Shown here: piece after piece, positions 17,573-39,977 of the stretch
How the letters are laid out: each line of letters begins with the position of its first letter
Position numbering within the stretch: the stretch's first letter is position 1
Assembly: GCF_009914755.1 (NCBI RefSeq)
Contig: NC_060925.1
DNA from: the human T2T-CHM13v2.0 reference genome, Homo sapiens
Strand: one strand, 5' to 3'
DNA length: 64,000 nucleotides
Made by a program: the position numbers and the translations under genes
The notes under the pieces: model-generated
What the model saw: only the letters and a program-made list of their open reading frames with translations
What the model was told of the DNA's origin: nothing
Databases searched by the model: none

Positions 17573-17750
17573 CTGGTTGGAGTGATGAGAAACCGGAGAG
17601 AAAAAAGGAAGAGAAGCAACTAAAAGACGGATCGGAGGGCTTTTTTTTTTCCGGCCCAGACGAGGGCTCCAGCCCACTCACCAGATACACTTAAAATGTA
17701 AATACGAGCTTCCAGAACAAATGCTACAACACAAAACAGAAACACATGTG
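17573..17750 (-). other. RCC2: RCC2 non-coding first exon (5'UTR); donor CAG|GTAGGG at 17572, alternative donor CTG|GTGAGT at 17681; 5' limit uncertain
   Basis: AT-richer island between GC-rich promoter and intron, with two consensus donors ~1 kb upstream of the coding-exon acceptor. Confidence 0.7.
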
Positions 17751-18339
17751 CGGCCGCGCGGCAAGCGAGCGCGCGGCGGGGCGGGAGGCGCGGGGCGCGG
17801 GGCGCGCGCGCCCCCTGCCGGCCGGCGGACCCGTTGCCGGCGCCCCCGCCCCGCCCGGCCTGGCCCTGCCCTGCCCACCCGAGCCTGCGCCGCGCGCCGC
17901 GCGCCTCGCCGCCCGCCTCGGCTCCGCTGCTCCTGCGCCTTTCGCGGGCCCGCGAGCGCGCTTTGGGCCTTCCACGCAGTGCGGCCTGCGCGTCAGGGAC
18001 TTCTTTGCGGCTTAGGAGGATGTTGGATTGTTTTTCCTGGGCACGTCTAGACAGGTCACATGAGGACACTCGCTGGAAAATAGTTACTTCGCTCACGCAG
18101 CAGCCAACAAGGGACGTGCCCTAATTGAGTGATTGGAATGAAAGATGAATACAATTTGAATAATTTTTTCCTGTGCAGAGAGAAGCTGAGTTTTATTTGC
18201 CTGTGGATGTGTCCTCAGTATGTAACAAGGTGCTGTGACACGGAAGAATCACATAAAGGTTTGCTGTATTAGTGAATTAATTCATAATTAATTTGAGGGC
18301 CGTGGAGGCACTGGAAGCTGGCTTTGAGGGGAACTTTTT

Positions 18340-18830
18340 CATTTTTTGCCAAATATTTACTGAGCCCCCGGTACATGCAAGACCCACAGTGCCCGGGGCT
18401 GCAGAGCCAGTGAACAAGGTTTCCACCCCAGTGGAACGCACAGCCTAACGGAAAGACAGATCAGTAAACAAGTAATTACAACAGTGGTAAGCTTTACAAA
18501 GTGATGCCTGTGTAGGAACATTATGGCGAGGGGATTTATCCTAGTCCAGGGCCAGGGAAGGCATTCAGGTGGAAAGTTATGCTGAACAACTTAAAGGATG
18601 AATAAGACCCGATGAAAGGGGGCAGGAAAAGTATTCCAGGCCAGGTGGAGTGAACGGGACGCTCCACATTTCGAGATCTTGAGAGACACCTCCTGGGAGG
18701 GAAGCTGTCTGGTGGGGCTGGGGTGAGAAGAGCCAAGAGGCTGGGTTCTGAGGAGGTAGGCAGGGGTGCGAGGGCCTGCATAGACCCTAGTGAACCGCAG
18801 TGAGGCTTGATCTCGTTCGCGTGTCCTGGG
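18340..18830 (-). mobile_element. L2 fragment
   Basis: CAAATATTTACTGAGC...GTGAACAAG...AGGGAAGGC...AAAGGATGAATAAG reverse-L2 pattern. Confidence 0.7.
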
Positions 18831-19577
18831 ACGGGTGAAAAAAGCCTTGCTTGCTTCCTACCGGTCTCCACCCTCCACCTCTCCACCCCACTTCCATTAC
18901 GATCTCACCGTCACTTGCTCTCCTCTCAAAGCTTTTCTCCTGCTTCTTTTTTCCTGAGGCGTACCGCACAAGGAAGTTCCTTCTTCAGGCAACTTCTTGA
19001 AAACGCATAAAGTTCTAGGATTTTTGTGATTCATTCATTCATTGTTAGTGCAAGAAACAGGACTGGGAAGCATCAAGTGTCCTGTAAAGGAAGACAGAGA
19101 AACCAAGAGGCCCAAATCTAAGGTATTTGATCAAAGTCAAAAGTCTGTGTGTCAAGAGAGCTGAGAGTGCTTATGTAAAAGAACTTTGGAAATGAGAAAT
19201 CAACTGGTACGTTTCAGAGATTTTCAGAAAAGTCAAGATGGAATAGAAGCACCCTTTGAAAGCCTATTCTTAATAGACCTGCATTTAAAAAGATTTTTTA
19301 GAGGTTAAACTTTGACGCTTTGATATAAAGCATAAGTAGAACCAACCAGAAAAGAATTTCGCCTAAATATGCCATCAAGTCCCCTTCAGGAAATGGCATG
19401 CTGATGCTTGTCAGCCGAGGCGGGTGGCTGGGTGTTTATCCTCTAAACACCCTGTGTGGCCAATTAGGAACACCACTGACAGTACCTTTAGATTTCAGTC
19501 TGCAAGTCTTTTCCTTTTTTCTCCTGCCCCTTTATAATGCTTTTTGCCAGCTTAAAAGACTCATGCCTCAGACACAC

Positions 19578-19611
19578 TGATGCAATGAGACGCTAATATC
19601 ATATTGCATCA
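19578..19611. promoter_or_regulatory. Inverted pair of C/EBP-ATF (ATF4) elements TGATGCAAT...ATTGCATCA
   Basis: Two exact copies of the 9-bp CARE/AARE core, 16 bp apart, in non-repeat-looking DNA ~1.9 kb upstream of exon 1. Confidence 0.55.
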
Positions 19612-21859
19612 TCTGATCCTAGGTGTGGTGCTCCTGAAACTGGTTTTTCTTGAGGTTATGCTGCAGTAGAAAAGCACTTTGGGTATAACACCCTGGAACT
19701 GGCCCTACTTGTCAGAAGACAAAAGTAATTTTTGCAACTCCATGCCTCAATTCCACACCACTATTCTCCCAGGGAAAGCCTGCGTGACTCTCCCGGCTGG
19801 AATTGGGTGTGCAACAGACATTCATCAGTTAGGCGTGTCATGCTGCCACTTATGTAACAAATGTTACATAGTGAGGTGCACCTACAGGCAAGCTGAAAAT
19901 GACACTTCCTCCTTCAAACTGTGCTTGGAATTTCACCTCGCTTCTAATTGAGCAAATTCTCCAGGGACAGGATGGTTTGGTGCAAAACCGGGAGAGGGGA
20001 AGGGAAAGAAGGTGGCTGAGATTTCTCTGACACTTTGAGGCACAGGTGTCTGGCACTGTGCTGAGCATTTTACACCCAGAATTTTGGAAATGTGGCTGCA
20101 AGTGCCAGCCTGCCGTCACTCTTTAACCTCATCTTCAGCAAAATCATATTGCAAGTTAGATTCAGCTACGCTTAAGTTCTTTTCCAGGGGTGAGGTGTGA
20201 TTTTTTCTTTCTTTTTTTTTTTTTTTTTTTTATTTTTTTAGATAGAATCTTGCTCCTCCAGCACCCAGGCTGAAGGGTGATGGTATGATCCCAGCTTACT
20301 GCAGCCTCTACCTTCCTTGCTCAAGCGATCCTCTCGCTTCAGCCTCCCAAGTAGCTGAGACCACAGGCATGGACAGCTACACTTGGCTAAATTTTTTTTC
20401 TTTTTTAATGTTTTGTAGAGACAAGGTCTCTCTCTGTTGCCCAGGCTGGTCTCGAGTGGTCCTCCCACCTCAGCCTCCCAAAGTTGCGGGATTATAGGGG
20501 TGAGCCACTGTGCACAGCCTCAGAAGTATAATTCATTTTTTTTTTTCTTTTGAGGTGGGGTCTCGCACTGTCACCCGGGCTGGAGTGCAGTGGTGGCAAC
20601 CTCCACCTCCCAGGTTCAAGCAGTCTCCTGCCTCAGCCTCCCAAGTAGCTGGGATTACAGGCGCATACCACCACGCCTAGCTAATTTTGTATTTTTAGTA
20701 GAGACGGGGTTTCACCATGTTGGCCAGGCTGGTCTTGAACTTCTGACCTCGTGATTTGCCCGCCTTCGCCTCCCAAAGTGCTAGGATTACAGGCGTGAGC
20801 CACTGTGCCCAGCCTCAGAAGTGTAATTCTATTCAACTTGGCTACAGAAAGCTACACCTGTACTTGAAAGATTAATTTTCTGATCCAGTGTCTATAAAAA
20901 TGAAACCAGTGATCCTGGGAGTGATGCGCTAACCAATGGAAACGATTCTTTCTCTTTTTTTTTTTTTGGAAACTGGGTCTCACTCTGTCACCTAGGCTGG
21001 ACTGTAGTGGCGCCATCTTGGCTCACTACAGCCTCGACCTCCTGGGGTCAAACAGTTCTCCTGCCTCAGCCACCCTAGTAGCTGAGACTGTAGACGTGCA
21101 CCTCCACGCCCAGCTAATTTTTAAAATTTTTTTGTGGAGACAAGGTCTCACTATGTTCCCCAGGCTGGTCTCAAACTCCTGACCTCAAGCAATCCTTTTG
21201 CCTTGGCCTCCCACAGTGCTAGGATTATAGGCATGTGTCACTGTGCCTGGCTTCTTTTTACTCTTTTCAATGTGACTACCACAAAATTTAATATTACATA
21301 TTAAGTTTTTTGTAGCTCATATGTTATTCCTGTTGGACATCACAGCCTTCGAAAGCATAGCTGGAAAACCAGTAATTTCCTCCAGACCCCACTCTTTCTG
21401 CATCTGTTCTCTAGTTTCTCCTCTCTGTAAAATGGCAAGATAGAGTTTGGGCTAAATTTCTCTTGAGGTTACTTCTGGATTTCGTATTCCCTGATTCTGA
21501 GGACAGTAGTCAGCGGGGAATCCCTGTCATAGTGTTTGGAGAGATGTTTTCTGGGAGATGCAGATCCGGTCGTCCTATTTCTGCCAATGAGTCATGAAAT
21601 TTTCAAACGCAGAGTCTTTAAATATTGTAGTTGGACCTTTAAGTTCTCTGTCTGTGAGGCATGCCTGGGCTTGGCTTGTGGCTTCTTCATCTTTGTTTTT
21701 CTAGCAAGCACCCAGAGCAGCCCGGCGTGTAGTAAGCTGTCAATATATGTTTGTTCATCTAAATAATATCCAGCGGAAGAACTGAAGCCCAGGGAGATGC
21801 TGAGGCCTCCTGAGGCCACACAGCTGGCAGATAGGATAGCCAGGAAGTGTACAGGCATC

Positions 21860-23230
<1,371 letters not shown>

Positions 23231-23318
23231 GCGCAGTGGCTCACGCCTGTAATCCCAACATTTTGGGAGGCCGAGGAGGGTGGATCACGAGGTCAAGAGA
23301 TCGAGACCATCCTGGCTA

Positions 23319-24390
<1,072 letters not shown>

Positions 24391-25302
24391 CTGGCCTAAT
24401 GAAGACTTAAGGAAATTCAACAGATATTTACTGACCCTCTACACTGCCCCGGGCCTGGCAGCTGGTGCACCCACTTCTCTTCCTGAGGGTTGGAGGAGCT
24501 CACGCTTTTGCAGCCCCTGTTGCCTGCATCTGAAGGAGTAAGCAACCACTTCACAGTTTTGCCATCAGCTGGGCCTGCTCTTCCTCCTTTAGTACAGGAG
24601 AAATTTGAAATGAAAATGAGCACACCTTGGGAGTTAAATCTAATTTTTCAGGAAAAACAGGATCGAAATCACTTTCATCAATGTCTGCCTGTTAGTTTGT
24701 AACCACCGGCGCTCCCAATCTGCAGGAGTGTTTGCATTCATGTTGTGTTCCTGGCTTGAGATAGAGCCACAATTTGTAAAGCTGGTCTGTAATCAATAGC
24801 TCTCCAGTCGGCCGGGCGCGGTGGCTCACGCCTGTAATCCCAGCACTTCAGGAGGTCAAGATGGGTGGATCATGAGGTCGGGAGACTGAGACCATCCTGG
24901 CCAACATGGTGAAACCCCATCTCTACTAAAATACAAAAAATTAGCTGGGCGTGGTGGCACGTGCCTGTAGTCCCAGCTACTCAGGAGGCTGAGGCAGGGG
25001 AATCGCTTGAACTCGGGAGGCAGAGATTGCAGTGAGCCAAGAGTACCACTGCATTCCAGCCTGGGTGACAGAGCGAGACTGAGTCTCAAAAAAATAAATA
25101 AATAAAGGCTCTCCAGTCATTTTCTAAGACTATCCCTCACCTAAGCTTGCAAATAAAAGCTAACTTCTGCAGAGATTCCATCTTCCCCTGCCAGTGGGCA
25201 ATATGGATGTATAGTCATGAGATTAGAAAAAGAGAGGCTGGCCAGGCACGATGGCTCACGCCTATAATCCCAGCACTTTGGTAGGCTGAGGCAGGCAGAT
25301 CA

Positions 25303-25599
<297 letters not shown>

Positions 25600-26073
25600 C
25601 TAGCGGGTGGGCGACTTTTGGGTGAGGTCAAGAACCATGAGAGTTGGAATGGACGAGAAAAACCAAGGCTTTGGGCCCAGCTGCAGAACTGTGTCATTTG
25701 CCGGGAAGGTTAATGACAAGGCCAGAAGGAGTGCCGCCTGTTTAATGTATCAGGTGGCCCTGGTGGCTGGGAATCATTGCATTTCAGGCCACGTCATGTC
25801 ATGCAAAAGCATAATAACCTTTTGAAAAATGAAGAAATCGATCCCGTGGGGAGTCCCTGCAGTGCCAAATATCTGGACTGTCTGATTTTCACATTCACTA
25901 AGTGGCCTGAGTCAGCTAGATGAAGCAGAGGAGTTCTTAAATAGAACCAAGATGCTCTCTCTGGTGTGCACTGAGCTCTTACCTTGCGCCAGACATTGGG
26001 CCAGGCACTCCCCGTAAAAAGCTGGTTTCATCTTCATAACATCCATGCAACACGGATACTTTTGTGGGTCCCC

Positions 26074-26458
26074 GTATTAGTTTGCTAGGGCTGCCATAAC
26101 AAAGTACCACAGACAGGGTGGCTTAAAATCAGAACCTTATTTTCTCACAGCTCTGGAGGCTGTAAGTCTAAGACCAAGGGGTCAGCAGGGTTGGTTTCTT
26201 CTGTGGCCTCTCTCCATAGCTTGTAAATGCCACCTTCTCTCTTGTCTTCACGTGATCTTCCCTCTGAGTGTGTCTGTGTCCTCATCTTTTCTTACAAGGA
26301 TACCGGTCACATTGCATTAGGGCCAGTGTAATGACCTCTTTTTAACTTTATTACCTCTTTTGAGACCCTATTTCCAAATACAGTACAGCCACATTCTGAG
26401 ATACTGGTGGTTTGCACTTCAGCATATGGACTCGGGGGGACGTATTCATCCCCTAACA
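26074..26458 (-). mobile_element. MLT1 (ERVL-MaLR) LTR inserted within a MIR
   Basis: TATTAGTTTGCTAGGGCTGCCATAACAAAGTACCACAGAC...TTCTCACAGCTCTGGAGGC reverse MLT1 terminus. Confidence 0.85.
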
Positions 26459-26889
26459 GTCCATTTTATAGATCTGGAAGCCAAGACATAAGTTAAGAAA
26501 CTTGTTCACGGTCTCACAGGTGGAAGTGGTGAAGTCAGAATCTGAAAACCCATTCTTTCTTTTTCTTTTCTTTTCTTTTTTTTTTTTTAGAGATGGTGTC
26601 TCACTCTGTCTGTCAGGCTGGACTGCAGCCTCAGTCTCCTGGGCTCAAGCAATTCTCCAGCCTCAACCTCCGGAGTAGGTGGGACTATATGCGTGTGCTA
26701 CCGTGCCCGGCTAATTTTTTCATTTTTAGTAAGAGATGAGGGCTTGCTGTGTTGCCCAGGCTGATCTTGAACTCCTGAACTTAAGTGATCCTCCCACCTC
26801 GGCCTCCCAAAGTACTGGAATTACAAGCATGAGCCACCTTGTCTATTTTCTTTTTGTTGTTGTTAATTTGTGTGTGTGTGTGTGTGTGA

Positions 26890-27048
<159 letters not shown>

Positions 27049-27054
27049 TAGTAG

Positions 27055-27192
<138 letters not shown>

Positions 27193-27501
27193 TGAGATTT
27201 ATTGCCGCTAACTTCAGGGTTCCACCCAAGCCATTCCTACACTTATTCCACTGTCCCCACTGGCCTCTCCTTAAACACCCCCTCCTGTTAGGACTCCTGC
27301 TTGCTCCTTATCTTGCTATCTCTACAGAGGTCTTGGTTCTGAGGCTGGAAACAGAAGGGCCTCTGGAGTGAATAACACATGGTTCTGTGGGCTTTGAGTG
27401 TCACGCAGAGGCATCATCTTAAAAGACAATCTCGGCCAGGCGAGGTGGCTCATACCTGTAATCCCAGCACTTTGGGAGGCCGAGGTGGGTGGATAACCTT
27501 A

Positions 27502-27780
<279 letters not shown>

Positions 27781-27787
27781 TCATGAA

Positions 27788-28085
<298 letters not shown>

Positions 28086-28721
28086 TCAGGAGGCTGAGGC
28101 AGGAGAATCACTTGAATCCAGGAGGTGGAAGTTACAGTGAGCTGAGTTGTCACCGCTGCAATCCAGCCTGGATGACAGAGTGAGACTCTGTCTCAACAAA
28201 AAAAAAAAAAAAAAGAAAATGTTTTTATTTAAAGAAAGACATTTACTCAGGTGTTGCATAGCTCTAGCAAAAATGAGGAAGATGGTTCCACAAACCACCT
28301 TGGCTTGAGGAATAGGATTTGATGCTTCTGGCTCCTCCCAACTCTGATGTTCTCCAGTCTACGATGGACCATGGCGTCTGACTGTCTAGAAAAATCCATG
28401 ATGAAGGAAAGTTGGGTAGTGTACAAGAAAGCAAGCCTGCTTGAAGGCATGCATTGAATTACACAGGTTGGGTCCCAATCCACAGAAAGCCTTTTGCCTT
28501 TGAAAGTGTTACCAGGCGGAGCACTGGGGCTCACGCCTGTAATCCCAATACTTTGGGAGACCAAGGTGGGAGGATTGCTTGAGTCTGGGAGTTTGAGACC
28601 AGCCTGGGCAGCGTAGGGAGATCCTGTCTCTACATAAAATTTAAAAATTAGCTGGGCAGGCTGGGCGCGGTAGCTCACGCCTGTAATCCCAGCACTTTGG
28701 GAGGCCGAGGTGGGCGGATCA

Positions 28722-29039
<318 letters not shown>

Positions 29040-30271
29040 TCACTGGAGCCCAGAAGGTGGAATGAGTTATGCTCGCGCCACTGCACTCCAGCCTGAGCGG
29101 CAGAATGAGACCCTGTCTCAAAAAAATTTAAAAAAAGTAGAAAAAGTGTTGCCAAGTGTGCGACCTCGTCATCAGACAGTGGCAGGATTATGGGGCTCAG
29201 GAAGCAGGAAGTCAGCACCAAAGGAGGATGTACCTCGCTGGTGGGAGCCTGATCTTGGCCTATATGTAGGAAAGAGTCTTTTTTTTGAGATGGAGTCTCG
29301 CTCTGTCGCCCAAGCTGGAGTGCAGTGGCGTGATCTCGGTCCACTGCAACCTCCACCTTCCAGATTCAAGCAGTTCTTTGCCTCAGCCTCCCGAGTAGGT
29401 GGGACTACAGGTGCCCACCACCACACCTGGCTAATTTTTGTATTTTTAGTAGAGATGGGGTTTCACTATCTTGGCCAGACTGGTCTTGAACTCCTGACCT
29501 CGTGATCCACCGGCCTCGGCCTTCCAAAGTGCTGGGATTACAGGTGTGAGCCACTGCATGGGGCCAAGACAGTCATTTCTGTGTCCACTAGTTGCCCTGC
29601 AAAGTATCATTTTTAGCTGGAATCCAATCCTTCCTTTGAGGAATGAGAAAACTAAGACCCAGGGAAGCTGAGCTGTCTCCAAGTCTGAATCGAATGGAGG
29701 GGAACCATGTGTCCACGCCCTCGAGGCTGTGGCTTAGTCCCTGCCACTCTGACAACGAAACCACTCATTATTTTTCATCTTCTCGGCGGTTTAAATCACT
29801 GTTATTATGCACGCATTTTTCAAAAGAGTGCATTCCTTACCAAACCTCATTAAATTTCTCGAGACTTGAGCTGGTTCCCCTTCCTTGCTTCAGAGGGAAG
29901 GAGGGAATTTGGCTGACACAGAAGCATTTTCGTCCCATACCATCACCACCTGATGCTGTCTGTCCAAAACAGGGTGTTCGGGATGTCTGGGCAACCTGTC
30001 TGATACAGAGGGGGTTTCAAGATGACTCACAGAGCAGGGATGGGCACAGGTGACCCCACAGTCTCAAGCAGGGCCCTTCTGGGGCAGCTGAAAAGTGTGG
30101 ACTAGAGCAAGAGATAGCTCTGGAACTGTTTGGGTTCAATTCCCAGCTCTAGCTGGTTGTGGGGGCTCATGCCTGTAATCCCAGCACTTTGGGAAGCCGA
30201 AGCAGGACAATCACTTCAGGTCAGGAATTTGAGACCATCCTGGTCAACATGGTGAAACCCTGTCTCTACTA

Positions 30272-30427
<156 letters not shown>

Positions 30428-31093
30428 TCAAAAAAAAAAAAAAAAAAAATCGGCCGGGCTCAGTAGCTCACGCCTGTAATCAAGCACTTTGGGAAGCTGA
30501 GGTGGGTGGATCACGAGGTCAGGAGTTCAAGACCACCTAGGCCAAGATGATGAAACCCCGTCTCTACTAAAAATACAAAAATTAACTGGGCATGGTTGCG
30601 GATGCCTGTAATCCCAGCTACTCCAGAGGCTGAGGCAGAGAATTGCTTGAACCTGGGAGGCGGAGGTTGCAGTGAACCAAGATCGCACCACTGCACTAAA
30701 GCCTGGGCGACAGAGCGAGACTCCGTCTCAGAAAAAAAAATCTTGTTTTAGACCAGAAAAAGCAGCTAAAAATAATACATGAGGAAGGTCCCGGCTCACA
30801 TCAGTAAGATGCTTTCAAGTTTACAAAGCACATTCATCTTCCCTCTTGGGTCTCATGACCAGTTGGTGAGGACATGGGTCACAGATTATTATGCCCATTT
30901 TATAGTATGGGAAACTGAGACTCAGAAAGGTCAAGGGTCTTACCTTTTAACTTTTCTCTCTCTCTTTATTAGACTTGAAGCTTTGAGAGGGAGGGCTCAG
31001 ACTTACCTTGTTTCCTGCTGTGTCCACAGGCTCAAGCACAGCTTCCAGAACATAGTATTTGTTCAGCAAATATTCTGCAGATGAGTGTAGTAA

Positions 31094-33582
<2,489 letters not shown>

Positions 33583-33729
33583 GTGATCCCCAAGATGATA
33601 AAACTAACCTGTAGCACAGTTTGGGTGAACATCCCTGGCACTTCTTTTCTTGGAACAAGATCTAGCAAATACCAACAAATGATAGGAGGGAATTTGTGAT
33701 AAATGCTCTGAGAACTTCAGGAAAAGGAG

Positions 33730-34663
<934 letters not shown>

Positions 34664-34723
34664 CTTTTTTTTTTTTTTTTTTTTTTTTTAAGGTAGGGTC
34701 TCACTCTGTCACCCAGCCTGTAG

Positions 34724-35059
<336 letters not shown>

Positions 35060-35278
35060 TGACCTCAAGTGATCTGCCTGCTTTGGCCTCCCGAAGTGCT
35101 GGGATTACAGGCATGAGCCACTAAGCCTGGCTGCCCAGCTAATTTTTAAATTTTTTTATAGAGACAGGATCTCACTGTATTGCCCAGTCTGTGTTTTGTT
35201 TCTTGATCTGGGCGCTGGTTACATGGGGTATTAAATTTGTGAAAATTTATTCTGCTGTACACGTATGATATGTGGGCT

Positions 35279-35279
<1 letters not shown>

Positions 35280-35325
<46 letters not shown>

Positions 35326-35350
35326 CCTACCTATCTATCCATCCATCCAT
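35280..35350 (+). repeat. Compound (ATCT)n/(ACCT)/(ATCC) tetranucleotide STR
   Basis: About 11 uninterrupted ATCT units followed by variant units. Confidence 0.97.
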
Positions 35351-35661
35351 ATATTATACCTCAGTGAAAAGTTTAACACAGGCCAGGTTCAGTGGTGTGT
35401 GCCTGTAATCCTAGCATTTTGGGAGGCTTAGGTGGGTGGATTGCTTGAAGCCAAGAGTTCGAGACCAGCCTGGGCAACATGGCAAAACCCCATCTCTACT
35501 GAAAATACAAAAATTAGCCAGGCATGGTGGTGCATGCCTGTAATTGCAGCTACTCAGGAGGCTGAGGTGGGAGAATCCCTTGAACCCAGGAGGCGGACGT
35601 TGCAATGAGCTGAGATCACACCGCTACACTCCAGGCTGGGTGACAGAGTGAGACTCTATCT

Positions 35662-35692
<31 letters not shown>

Positions 35693-35811
35693 CTGGGTGC
35701 GGTGGCTCATGCCTGTATTCCCGGCACTTTGGGAGGCTGAGGCAGGCAGATCACCTGAGATCGGGAGTTCAAGACCAGCCTGACCAACATGGAGAAACCC
35801 CGTCTCTACTA

Positions 35812-36762
<951 letters not shown>

Positions 36763-37286
36763 AAGAGACTTCATCTTAAAAAAAAAAAAAAGAATCTGCC
36801 CTCTGCCCTTAAGGGGCTTTCATTCCAGTGGGCAGTGTCTATTACTTCAGACCCTCCACAAGACCTTTCACCATGTTCCTACCACCCAGCCATCCACCTT
36901 AGGATCCAGGCACTCCTGAATGTTAACTTTCCCCACACCAACCAAACATACACCCCAGAAAGAATGCCATCCCACGGCAAGGCTTCATGTCTAGAACCTA
37001 TGCTCACCATCTGTCAGACTCCTATTCACCCTTCAAAGCCCTTTCCAAGGCTTCCCAGAAGCCTTCCCTGACTTACCAATAATGAGGATAGGGATGATGA
37101 TATAGAGCAGGGATTATTGTTACAAACCTCAGTTCACAGAATGGAAAACTGAGGCCCAGAGAGGTAAAGTATCTAGTCCAAGGTTGAACTACTTTTTTTT
37201 TTTTTTTTTTTAAGAACAGAGGTAATGTAGGGTTTGAATGCAGGTCCTCCTGATATCAGAGTCAGCGATCTCAACCACACACACTA

Positions 37287-37688
<402 letters not shown>

Positions 37689-37720
37689 TCATAACAGCCA
37701 AGTCTGGGTAATGGGTATAA

Positions 37721-38264
<544 letters not shown>

Positions 38265-39122
38265 TAAGTTCCCAGAAGTGACACACGGGAAAGCGGCAGA
38301 GCTGGATTCAACCCAGGCTTGTGGAATCCCAGAGCCTATGCCCTTCCCTTCGCTGTGTCACATCTTCCTCTAAGGACCCAGTGAAACCCAAGTTCTCTGG
38401 GTGTGATTCACTCCCTGGAGTCCTCCGCCATCCAGAGGGTGGGTTCCGGAGTTGCCTCCTTCTCTGCATCCCAATTGGATTCCTCAGAGCCACCGCCTTC
38501 CTCCTGCCCAGCTCAGTGCAGGGTGCTCCGGCGCCTGGCATCTGAAGGATGTGCAGGCAGTGGCGTGATAGTGAGTGGGAGGAGGAGCCTCTGATCATCC
38601 ACCAAGTTCAAACCTGCTTTTCCTGGCATGACCCTCAGCTAGGCAGCCCGGACTCTCCAGATGCCAGCCTGGCCATGCCAGGGGCCAAGGAGGATGCTTC
38701 AGGCAAAATCCCCACATGCAAGATGCTGGCTTCCCAGGGCTCCTCCAGGGTGGCAGGTGACAGGCATGTACGCTAGGGAGGGGACATCGGAGCTCTTCAG
38801 CCAAGCAACTCTGCTCGGAGAAAAAAGAAAAACCTTCAAGTCCTCGGGAGTGCCTCAAAGCAGAAACCTCAACCTGAAATACAGACCTCATTCAACCTGG
38901 CCGTGAATCCTTGCCACACCTTGCATTAGAGAAAGGCTCCTTTCCAAACCATTTCATGTGTGTGTTAAAAACCATTTCTGGGCGGGGCGCGGTGGCTCAC
39001 GCCGGATCTCCTGAAGTCGGGAGTTCCAGACCAGCCTGGTCAGCATGGTGAAACCCCGTCTCTACTAAAAATACAAAAATTAGCTGGGCGTGGTGGCAGG
39101 TGCCTATAATCCCAGCTACTCA

Positions 39123-39287
<165 letters not shown>

Positions 39288-39365
39288 TCATGCCTGTAAT
39301 CCGAGCACTTTGGGAGGCTGAGGCGGGTGGATCACGAGGTCGGGAGATTGAGACCATCCTGGCTA

Positions 39366-39596
<231 letters not shown>

Positions 39597-39662
39597 CTAA
39601 ACAAATCACAGGACTTTTCAGTAGTTAGTATTTTTTTTTTCAGGCTAGATTCCCCAAAGTAG

Positions 39663-39977
<315 letters not shown>

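Larger units (their letters stand above)
15450..18010. promoter_or_regulatory. CpG island / RCC2 promoter spanning exon 1, intron 1, first coding exon and start of intron 2
   Basis: Very high GC and CpG density, many GGGCGG boxes, GCGC-rich NRF1-like stretches at 17750-18000. Confidence 0.93.

Noticed and set aside
15423-18124. Many overlapping Pro/Arg/Gly/Ala-rich ORFs on both strands
   Set aside because: Expected from very high GC content; no recognisable domain or splice context.
19571-19618. TGATG...CTGA resembling C/D snoRNA boxes
   Set aside because: Under 45 nt, imperfect box C, and outside any host intron.
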